From: Zygnema circumcarinatum SAG 698-1b
Taxonomy: Eukaryota; Plantae; Zygnematophyceae
NCBI GenBank assembly: GCA_037447605.1
Contig: CM074816.1
Coordinates: 1,888,525 to 1,952,524, forward strand
Reading direction: 5' to 3'
DNA length: 64,000 bases
Shown: piece after piece, positions 44,958 through 55,800 of the stretch
How the letters are laid out: the number at the start of each line of letters is the position of its first letter
How positions within the stretch are numbered: the first letter of the stretch is position 1
Made by a program: the position numbers and the translations under genes
The notes under the pieces: model-generated
Seen by the model: only the letters and a program-made list of their open reading frames with translations
Databases searched by the model: none
What the model was told of the DNA's origin: nothing

Positions 44958-47368
44958 CTAAAGGACGGGAGGGAACATGATCCAGCGCCGAGGGTACTTG
45001 GGCTGCCCGTCCTTGCCATCAAAAATCTGCAGCAAAAAGTCCGGCATGTAAAAATTGGTTGATTAGAGCCCCTCTCTTTCTCCCCCCACCCCCCTCTCCC
45101 TTCCCCTCTCCCTCTCCCCCCCTCCCCTCCCCCTTCCCCCTCCGCCTCTCTCCTCCCCTCTATCCCTCTCTCACGCAGACAAACCCAAGCACGCACACAT
45201 GAAGTATCGGGCCCTGATTGGTATAAACTCCCCAGAGCAATGACTCACTCTAAAGTGCATGTGTTTCCCGCTCTAACCAAAGCTGAATGCATCGAACAAC
45301 GTTGAAAAAAAAAAAAAAAAAAGAGCACTTACCCGTCGGAGGCGCTTGTGTTTCGCGATGGCCCAAATGGACATCTGATAGGCTCCGGCAACCATGAAGG
45401 CGAGTCCGGCCACTGTCTGAGTGGCGAAGTTGAATCCGATCCATCCGGAAATTTCTGTGAAGTAGTTCGCACATGTAATGTACTCAAACAGGAAACCACG
45501 CGGTATTTGGTAACCGCCTTTCCCGTTAGGTGACCTGAAACCCCAATAATATCCTTGACACATCAATATAAAAGAGAGAGAGAGAGAGGGAGAGAGGGAG
45601 AGAGGGAGAGTGTGAGAGAGAGAGAAAGACTCTGAGCTCACCTTAAGTTCTTCAAAATAATATGGCAATAGAAGTTTGCGAACTGGCAGAGGAGGGAGAA
45701 TGTGAAGGCAATGTATGCTCGCTCAATGGGGACGGGCGTGTAGAGAGGATGGTTTACAAAGTATCCGACAAACGCACCAAAGATCCAATAATAAGAACAA
45801 TTGCGGAAAAGGTTGAAAAGGGGCATAGTGGCGTGACTGAATCTATGGACGAAAAATGTTTCCAGAATTCGCTTCACATAGTGGAAGGACCAGTAGTAGA
45901 ATGCTAACGTCTGAACGGGGTGGGTGACCTGCGAGCACAAGGAAACCACTCAAAAGAACAGAAGGGAAGGGTTGGGAGAGAGAAGCGGGGGAGGGAGGGG
46001 GGGAGGGGTTGGGAGAGAGTGTGAGAGAGAGGCATAATGCGAGACGCGATAGGGAGTAGTGGAGGGAAGAGACTGCGAGATACGAGCAACATAAAGAGGG
46101 GAATGAGAGAGGTGAACTGGGAAACGAGCAAGAGATGGACATAACAGACGAGAGGGAGAAAGGGAGAAGAGAAAAACATATTTTGCTCTCCGCAGTCTCC
46201 AAAACTACCCAGAATATAAGCGGTGTGTACAAATCTTGCATTACTATACACATACAATGTCAAAGAAATTAGGGGGAAGGAATGAATTCGGAGTCGTCTT
46301 CACCTTGCGACCACCTTCCGACCATGGATAGAGCTGCTTAGGGAAAAGATAAAATAAAGCATAGAGAGCCAATGGTCCAAAATATTCCCAAAAGAAGACC
46401 GTTTTGAATCCCATTTGCGGCCCTAAATCCTTGAAGACCACTTGGAAGGTTTCTTGATTCTCGGCAAAGTATTCTTTCAGCTTTTTCCCCGGCTCAAGTA
46501 CCGTCGGCTTTTTTTCTGTAGCGGCAGAAGGCAAAGTGAAGCGCTGCCTTGCGGGATACAGTTTTTTCTCTGTCAAGAAGAACAGAAAAATGATGGAAGT
46601 ACGATCCTTTGGTATAAGAATTTGAAGTGTGGATTGAACATTTTTAGGTGAAGGGGAGAGGAAGACGAATAGAGGGACGCTTGCAAAACGGTTCTAGGGT
46701 GGGTTTTCATTGAGAGTACACTGTAACGCATGGCCCAGTCACAACTCGCCACATTGAAAAAAGTGTGTACGTGGCAGCCTGGAATTGGCCATGTCCCGGG
46801 TCCCCTCGACGGAAACCAACCCATAACACAAGCTCCAGGAATATCTTGTGTACCAGAGACTCTTGGAAATCCAAAACTTCTTGAACAAAGTGGACGATGG
46901 ACGTGACAAATGACTTAACAAAAGACGATGCAAGGATGGGAGAAATGTACGCACTGAATTTATGGAGTGCGAGTTGGAGGTCCTCAACTGCCGCCTGCAC
47001 CGATACCCCATCACCCCGTATATTCAATCAATCGAAACAATGTGAAAAGGGAGAGGGAATGTGAAGAGAGTTAGGAAGAAGAGGCGGGAGAAGGTGAGAA
47101 ACAGGAGAGAGGGGGGGGGGGGGGGGGGTAGACGAGAGAGAGAGGCGAGAACATTACATAGTGGGAACGGAGGCAGGGAAAGGGGAGAGTGGGAAGGGAG
47201 GGAGGAAGAGGATCAATGCGGGCCGGAAGAAAGGGGGCGGGAGGCAGAGAGAGAGAGAGTTGAGAAGAGAGAGGAAGAGAGCTGGAACATAGGGCTTACG
47301 TCATCGTTAAGCTCTATGCCACCTGGCACGATTTCCCGCCCTGAGCGCGAGAGCACGGCGATCCTCAT
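44958..47368 (-). CDS. ECR: Very-long-chain trans-2,3-enoyl-CoA reductase (ECR/CER10/TSC13)
   Basis: [98 protein letters not shown]. Stop at 44958-44960. Confidence 0.95.
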
Positions 47369-47552
47369 GGCAGCGCCGGGTGCCACTTGGCAGCCTCTAT
47401 GAATGCCACGTGTTCCACGCTAAAGTCAGGAGAGCTGGCCGTCGCCTTCTTCTTGGGAGAGGGAGAGGGGCTTCCTTTCCTTCCGGCGGTCACTGTCCCG
47501 TCGTCGAGGAAGGCGAGAGCGAAGAACCAATCATATTTCATTGCGAGGGGTT

Positions 47553-47685
47553 GCAACCATTGGTTGGTACCCACCAGCCAACCATTGCAAGTAGTTCCAA
47601 CCATTGGGAGCCAATGTCTGCCAGTCATTGGCCAGCCAACCATTGGAAACAAGGGTTGGGTTGGCCAATGGTTGCCGATCCAATG
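47553..47685. repeat. Dispersed cluster of CAACCATTGG motifs related to the 10.2-10.7 kb satellite
   Basis: caaccattggttgg, ccaaccattg, ccaaccattggg, ccaaccattgg and ccaatggttg within about 130 bp. Confidence 0.75.
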
Positions 47686-48555
47686 GTCCGACCTGTGCAG
47701 CCCCAGCGTTGTACTGCACAACTCCAAAGCCAGAGAAAGGGATATGAAGAATGTCATATTTAATTGGACGTTTCTATGTGGCTAATGTTAAACGGAGTGA
47801 GCAGTTAAAGAACAGGTCTTGAAATGCCACTTCCTTTAATAATTATTGCAAAAAGTTCGATAAAATAAACCATTCAAAGTTGAACTCCGACTCCCAAGTG
47901 GCATTGACTATCATTCTGGCTTAAGAAAATCGATTTTTGGAGATCTGTTCGAGGTGGAAACTCTCCAAACCTGTTCATTATTTGGCAAAAGGCAAATTCT
48001 GTGTTCTGTACAGATTTGAAAAGTCGCCTATAGCGCCTAAAAAGCTGGAATCGATGACGTTGTGATGCCCTTGGGAGGGCATTGGACGGCCCAGATCGCG
48101 CTGATGCGCATGTCGCAACATGGTGAAACCGAGGCTCGACATTTCCTCGTGCAGAATTTTTAAGACTAGTTTTGAGCGAGCGAATGAACCATTGAAAAAG
48201 TCGCAGCCTAAGTTCAATTCAACTTAGCAAAATTGAACAATTAAAAGTACCCAAAGGTGTCTGTCTGCACGTGTCGCTTTCCCTGTATTTGAAATACTGC
48301 TAGAACCACCATCATATATCGACTCTCAAAACGATGTAGACGGCTCTTATGCCCAGCGGCTATTAGTGAACAAGCCAATTAAACCTGCGAGAAAGATACA
48401 CCAATTTATAAGAGACTAAAATCTGTCTCGCATCCTCCTACACTGTCAAAGACGTACCAGCATTACAAGAATACAAAACAACAAAGCCTTACTATACAGC
48501 AAAAGGTTCTATAACTTATTCGGCTGTCCTTGGGCGACAGGAAGGACCGCCGCCT

Positions 48556-50459
48556 TCATTCGTCCTTTCCTAAAACCTTTTCAACGGCATTTGTGACTGC
48601 AGACGTCAGTTTTTGAGCCGGGGAAGGTGCTACAATAACTCCTTTTGCTTGCCTTGCCAAAAAAGACTTCTTCAGAACTAACAATGCAAGCAACAGTGTG
48701 GAAGAAGCCAAAGCGTATGTGGACATGCCCTGCGTAAATTCCAAAGGAAACAGTAGTCAATACATGCGATGATTTCCTCACCGGATGACAAAGCCCGTGT
48801 TCTACATCGAGAAAACAGGCTTATTGAGAGAGGCATGCGAGAACTGTATTTCTGGTAACATCCAATAATGGTTTTACAACATTGAGTGGAGTAATGTTGC
48901 GCTTCCGCACCTTATTCAACGGATGGCTCGGATTCGCCACTTGGAGACCCAAAAACACAGCCACAATTCCTCCAATGAAGGCAGTCGCTCCAAACTATTC
49001 AGTAGCAGAAAGATCCAAGAAATGGCAATGTGAGTACGGGGTCACCCAGTGTACCGGAGAGCAAGAAGCTGTTCCAGCAGCACTTGTTTGATGGAAAAAA
49101 AATAGTGCCAACAGAATGCAAGCAGAACAGAAGAACCATGATGAAGAGATAGGATCCCTCACCATCTTGTGTGCCTTATTCACTCGAACTGTATACTTCC
49201 TAAGTGCTTTTGGAAGACCGTACAAAGCAGGAATTCCTCCCAAGCTAACAAGTGATCCAGAAACAAGTGACAAGAGGCCGACTTTCCCGTGAATAGTAGT
49301 AAAGTGTGGCTTTCCGTTGATGATTTTGTTTGTGTAGATTGCCCACATTCCTACGATGATGGAGGCAGTGGCTGCACCCAGAAGGACTGCGTGAAGCTTC
49401 AGAAGAAATTGGCGCTGCTTTCCCTGCATGAAGCCCGGCATCATGGACGTGGACAAATTAGTAAGCGAGTACAAACTCACACAATACTATATTTGTTGCC
49501 TCTGAAGCAAAAAGCTACAAATACTTTCTATTCTCACAAGTAGTAGCAGACAAGACCTCGAATAAAGGTACATTAGCTACAGTGGTTTCTATCTAAAGAT
49601 AAGGACTTGCTCCAAGTAAATGAACGAAATCTACGATTTAAGACATATATCATCAGAAAAGACTCGTCCAGCCATTCCCATGTGCTACCAGTCATCTCCG
49701 TCCTTACCTTCGCTTGAATGGATATAAGAATGCCTTCAGCCATAAGAAACAGATATCCCGTTGCAAGAAATGTTGGATGATAGCCAAACCTAGTGCCATT
49801 GAAGAACGTTAAAGCGAAGGCGGCTGGGACAGCGAGACACAGTAGATGTGTGGCAATAGGAATTCCAAATGGACCTTTTGTGCTTTCAAAAGAAACTGAA
49901 GCTGACGCCATTACCATCTGTAAAAGGAGAATGTACAAAAAGAGGTGCTCAGAATGGCGACGGGGTGAACCCAACACTGATTGAACAGCACTCGAATGAG
50001 CCTTGGAACGCCAAGCGCTCGTTCACTCTGACATTACAGAAAGCGTAGACATAAGCATTTCGTGATTCTGCCTGCATTTGTTGTAGATGAGATGAGGTAG
50101 GAAAGGAGAGCTAGTGATGGCTCACACACCGGTTTTTTTACAAGGTTCAGGGCTTGAGCCTCAGGCTGACAACGTGATTCACAGCTCAAGTGAGCGCCTC
50201 GAAAGGAGCTTATGAGGGAGAGCTTGCTTGTCGATGAAGCTGAACCAAATGAGTGCCCAACGACAGAGGTCTTTGAGGAGCTTATGACACTGCTATAGCT
50301 TAAGCTCTTGGGAGAAAGCGGGCAGCGATTGGCCGTTTTTGTAGGAGACTGTCCGCAGGGGGCTGCAGACGATTTCACAGCAGTACTTGCTGCGAGAAGC
50401 GAATGCGCATTCAGAAAGCAGCTTGCGAGGGTGCTCCCAGCGCGGCCGACAAGTACCAT
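48556..50459 (-). CDS. Cytochrome b561 family protein (CYB561D-like)
   Basis: Hydrophobic helices with four heme-ligand His positions (GYHPTF, KLHAVL, TIHGKVG, KAHKM). Core exons from 49917 downward; stop at 48556. The Ser-rich first exon starting at 50459 is less certain. Confidence 0.8.
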
Positions 50460-50778
50460 GACGCGTGAAAGGATAAGCAGAAATGCAATAAACAAGGAAG
50501 CAGAGGATTGGGAAGGGCCACAAGGCAGGATGAAGGGGGCTGGACTCAGAACTGGAACTGGCGCGGATCGAGGGGCAGTGCTGCGCGGTGCTAACGCTGG
50601 TCCCTCCCTCCCTCACAGGCACCGCACCACCTGCAATCCAAAAATTGCTTCCTTTCCGTGCTTTTTCGTTTTTCTATCTTTTGATGTTTTATAGGAAAAG
50701 TTGTGTTGTTGTTGTTCTTGTTCTATATGTCTTTTTGTGTTTTTAATTTCACATCTCTTTCACTTTTCTTTTTGTTTT

Positions 50779-51788
50779 GGAAAATGATGCAGCGGCCCCA
50801 CTCTTTGGATATCGGCGCCCCCTTTTGGGAAAAAATGTACTTTTTTTTTTGGCTAATCATCCCCCCCCTTGGATCTTTCGGGAGGAGGATCCGACCGTGC
50901 ACCGACGTACGGCGCCGCGCATCGCGGCGTGGCCCGTGAGATGCGGCGAGCCTACGGAAACGTTGTCCTCACCTGACCCTTTTGGGTCAGAGGTTGCCAC
51001 GTGGCAGTCTTCCATTGGACAACCCTGCTGCCGGTCCCCCATGCCGATACAGTGGACCCCCATAATATTTTCGCCATGGTTTCGGCAAATACTGGGCGAA
51101 AATATTGTAATTTGCAAATATAAGGTCCGTGTTACCAATAGGCGAGCGGTATTATGTTAGAGTTCATGTCTGTTCGTACGTATCGTATCGTATCGTATCG
51201 TACCGTGCTTTAGATACACGAGCTCCTATGGGCGCCGTACGTATACCGTACGACTTAGAGATTTTATTCGTACTTACCGTACAGCGTAAAAGCGTGACCC
51301 ATGTTTGAAATCCGTTTCGATTAACAGATTTTGTATTGGAGAATAGGTCAGGTTAGGTTAACACCCCTAATACGTTAACATTGAGTTACCGTACAAAAAA
51401 GTGGTTTCGGCAAAATCGGGGCGAATTTCTTGGGGACGCACTGTACAAGGTGGAAAATATTATGGGGGTCCACTGTATCGGCATGGGGGACCGGCAGCAG
51501 GGCTGTCCAATGGCAGACTGCCACGTGGCAACCTCTGACCCAAACGGGTCAGGTGAGGACAACTTTTCCGTAGGCTCGCCGCATCTCGCGGGCCACGCCG
51601 CGATGCGCGGCGCCGTACGTCGGTGCACGGTCGGATCCTGCGCGCGAGGCGCGGGGTCCGATTGTCTACAAGATCTCTCCTCCCGAAAGATCCAAGGGGG
51701 GGGCGTGATTAGCCAAAAAAAAAAAGTACATTTTTTTCCCAAAAGGGGGCGCCGATATCCAAAAAGTGGGGCCGCTGTATCATTTTCC
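50779..51788. mobile_element. Non-autonomous Mutator-like element, 1010 bp
   Basis: Long TIRs beginning GGAAAATGAT (50779 to ~51075 and ~51450 to 51788). 8-bp direct repeat TTTGTTTT at 50771-50778 and 51789-51796. No transposase. Confidence 0.85.
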
Positions 51789-52098
51789 TTTGTTTTCCTT
51801 TTTTACTTTCAAGTACTAAGGACAGCGCTTGGCCGAAAGTGTGCTGCGTGGATAATGGCCAATCATAGCCTGCCATGTCATCGTATATGCATACGTGGCA
51901 CGACATGATTGCTCGGAGTATAGCGTACGGAGATGTGTCCGACTCCCGCGTGCTTGCCAGAACGCGGCCCATCGGCAACGGTCCGGCCAACCAAACCGGC
52001 GATCCACAACTGGCGGGAGGCGGACCGGCCCCTAGAGCGTGTTGGGCTTGCTCGCATATGCGCATGACATCGGGCCTAGGGCCGCCCACAGGTCATTT

Positions 52099-52311
52099 GA
52101 GAATGAATTGGCATTGACCCCACGCATGGCGATGGGATCACCTGTCCATGGACAACAACAGCAACAACAACAACATGGAGAGCCACGGAACATTCATTTG
52201 TGAGCGGTTCCTCTTGGCTCTGCATGTTGTTGTTGTTGTTGTTGTTGTTGTTATTGTTCCATGGACAGGCGATAGCATCGCCATCGTGAGATCAATGCCA
52301 AGTCAATTCTC
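52099..52311. other. 213-nt near-perfect foldback (MITE-like or hairpin-RNA precursor)
   Basis: The arms gagaatgaattggcattga...ggaacattca and tgagcggttcc...tcaatgccaagtcaattctc are reverse complements around a tttg loop. Confidence 0.8.
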
Positions 52312-52447
52312 CGATTCCAGGACGGCAACCTGTACGGCATGTACCAATTCCGTACGTTATGAGATGTCGTACTTTCATATGCGTTCCACGCGCCCCGTTC
52401 TACAGATTCGCAACATGTGAACGCAGCGTTTTATAGCACAGAACTCG

Positions 52448-52535
52448 GCGCCACAATTCCCCATGTAGCGCCACATTTCCCCATGTAGCGCCACATTTCC
52501 CCATGTAGCGCCACGTTTCCCCATGTAGCGCCACC
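52448..52535. repeat. 20-bp minisatellite (gcgccacatttccccatgta) x about 4.4
   Basis: Direct reading. Confidence 0.95.
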
Positions 52536-52814
52536 CTTGCCTGACACCATCCTGCCGTACTGTTCCATGTTTTGTCCGTACATATTTTCCACCGTTACCC
52601 GCACGGCAGTACCTACCACCATACCGTATCGTATCGGTACAGTACCTTTTCCCTTACAGCCTTGCAAGCTGGCCTCTCATCTCTCTCTCCCTCTGCCCAT
52701 CCTTCTCTCTTTCCCTTTCCCCTTCCACAATGTCTTGACAGGCGGCCATCCCTCAGGAGCAGCTGTAGCTCTCGCTCCTCTCCCTCCCTCTCGCCCTCCA
52801 GCACAGCCTTCAAT

Positions 52815-55800
52815 ATGCGATCCCCTTCCAGCTCCAGAGCAGGCGCCGTCTCCCACTCTGCCTTCCGGTTTGCCCTGTTGGTTTTCTTTCTCGTCATCGG
52901 GTACTATGTCGGCCGGCCCGTGTACTGGACGCTGGAGTCGCGCATCCGTGACTTTAAAGAAGGGGTTGCGTCGCAGAGAGCTGCACTGATAGCAAAAGGC
53001 CAAGGTACGTGCTCATTGTTTAACTGCAGGTCTCGCATCACGAGGAGGCAGATGTTCCTCCTTGCCCTTGTTTTGCAGACATTTGGAATCCCATTGTCTT
53101 TTTTTGGATAATTGTGTCATCATATTGCCAAGGTCGGATGGATGTGGTTCAGATGATGGCATGTTAGGGCTTGCTCTTTCAGCTATATAGCAGGATTCAG
53201 GGATTTACTTTGATGGATATTTTTCGGAGCTTGCTGTTGGCAGAACAGCTGAAGGATTAGGTCAAGTGAATAGGTTGTGATCGACCTGCCGAGAGTAATG
53301 AGCAGCCTTAGTTTGCTCATTTAAATGAGCTAGTCTTTAGTATTATCCCCACCCACTTGGATAAGAACGCCACCGTTTCCATTAAGCAGGACACACTCAC
53401 CGAGCGGTATTTCACGCGCCGTTATCAACTTTTCATTTGCGGCTTCTATTGCTCAGCTTTACCTTATCGCTTTGTCGTTCAGGAACCTCCGAGTCTGTCC
53501 TTGCTCTTGCCAATTTTCGTCTCTCCGAGTCGTCTGCCACTAAGACGGGTAATCTTTTCCTTCACTTGCCTTTCCCAGGTCTCACGTTGGAGGGCTTAGA
53601 GAAGAGCTTGGAAGATCCTGATTTAGAACCAAATCCTGACCTTCCTTTGACTGACGATCAGCGGCAGCGATTTGAAGCAATAAACAAGCGGAGAGAGGAG
53701 CGGCTGAGTAAAGCTAAAGCAGCCGCTGAGTCTGCCAAAACCGCAGCAGCAGAGGCAGTGGAGGAAGTGATTAAGGAAACAAAAACGGAAGAGATTGAGG
53801 AAACAAAATTGGAAGAAGAAGCCAAAGCTGGGCCCTCAGCATCTACACAACAGAAGGAGGTTTTTGCAAGGGGAGTGAGAGACATTATTCATGAAGGGAA
53901 GCCGTTACTGGAAGCTTTTAAACGCTCGATATTCGAGAAGCCAGAGACACGGGAGATTCCCCCGAGAGAAGAATTTGCGTTGCGGAAGGAAATGATCGAA
54001 TTCCGAGCAAGGAACAATGTCATTGTGGTTACATTTGCAAATTTCGCCTTCATGGACTTCGTTGTGAATTGGGTGCGGCATTTGACAGACCTTGGGGTCT
54101 TTAACATTCTCGTCGGTGAGTGGGTTCTGATATTCATCATTCCTTAGTGTTCTCAGGGGTTTCTATGGTTTCAGAAATTGAGGTTTTTTGCGTTTCCAGT
54201 GGTTTTCAGCCTTTTCCTGAAGAGATAAGGTTGTCAACATGACCTGCAACACCTTCAAAAGTGTGGGCCTGTCAAATTCTTCAACGTAAAGGAACTTCTG
54301 CCCCTGACGTCATGGATCAAGTGCTTTGCAAGCCATGATCACCTTAAAAACTTGAAGTCTTCCATTAGCCCTAAGGCCCAAGAACCTCACAAGGTTTCTA
54401 GCCCTCTAGCTGGTAAATGTGAAACCCCGCGTGCACGGAAGCAAGAAGCCGAAGATAGCTCAAAGTTGCTCGAATAAACGATGTTTTTTTGGGTTGGTCA
54501 GGCGCGATGGATACACAGATATTGGAAGGCCTTTACTTGGAAGGCGTCCCTGTGTTTGACATGGAGAGCGGAATGTCCACCATTGATGTGGGATGGGGAA
54601 CACCCATTTTTCATAAAATGGGGCGCGAGAAAATCACACTTATTAATGTGTTTTTATCGATGAACTATGAGCTCCTCATTTGTGACACGGACATGGTCTG
54701 GCTTCAGGTACGACTCTACTATTGTCTCCTCCTTCCATCAACCCTTAAAGGCTCAAACTCGCTGCTCCGTGCATGCACAATGATTGACTGAAATTTGCTG
54801 ATTGTGTTGAAAATGTGGATGTGTGCTCGATGACTTTTTTGGAACAGAATCCGTTACCCTGGTTCAGGCGGTGGCCAGATGCTGACGTCCTAACATCGAG
54901 TGATGAGGTCATTCGGACAGTTCATGATGACAGCCTTGAACATTGGGATCGGGGTAAGTTGAGAGAGCCATTTCTCAATGTAACAGACAGTCGATGATGG
55001 GTTCCAGGTGCAGGGTCAATGTATCAACATGATTAACTTTACTTCGGCAGTATTGACAATGCTTTTCTTACTATGGGATTGGGGTGTATTTCATGAACTT
55101 ATGTAACAGCTCATGCTGCTTACAATATCGGGATATTGCTCTACCGCCCGACTGAAGCCGCGAAAAGACAGGCCCGAGAATGGGCAGAAGTTTTGGCAGC
55201 AGATGACAAGATATGGGACCAAAACGCATTCAATGATCTCATGCGCAGACAATGGGGGCCGGGACTGGAGAACGGAAATGGTCTTTTCTATGCGTATGAT
55301 GGAACGTTGAGGCTCGGAGTTATGCCTGTCAGCATTTTCTGCAGTGGCCATACATACTTCGTTCAAGTGAGAATTACTATTACTTACTGTTACCTCTTTT
55401 GAAGTTGCATTTTTTTCAAATAGGTGAGGCTAATGGGGGGCATGTGGAGTAAGGACGTTCCTTTCATTGTTGGGCTCTGAAAGACAAGCAATTTAGGGCT
55501 TCTACCGTTCTTGTCTGTCCTTCCTTTCACAACCTTTTTGTCTCGTGCTTTTGATGTGCAGCACCTTTATAAGCAGGTTGGCTTGCAACCTTATGCTGTT
55601 CACACTACATTTCAGTATGCCGGTACCCCCGGGAAACGGCACCGTCTCAGAGAAGCGAAAGCTTTTTACGATAAACCCGAATACTACGACCCCAAAGGTC
55701 GTTTACGTATCCCTTCATTTTGCTTCAAAGCATTGCTGTTGGCGATGTCTACGGGTCAAGGAAGCAAATCTATTTATGAATTTTGTGTGTACTTTTCTGG

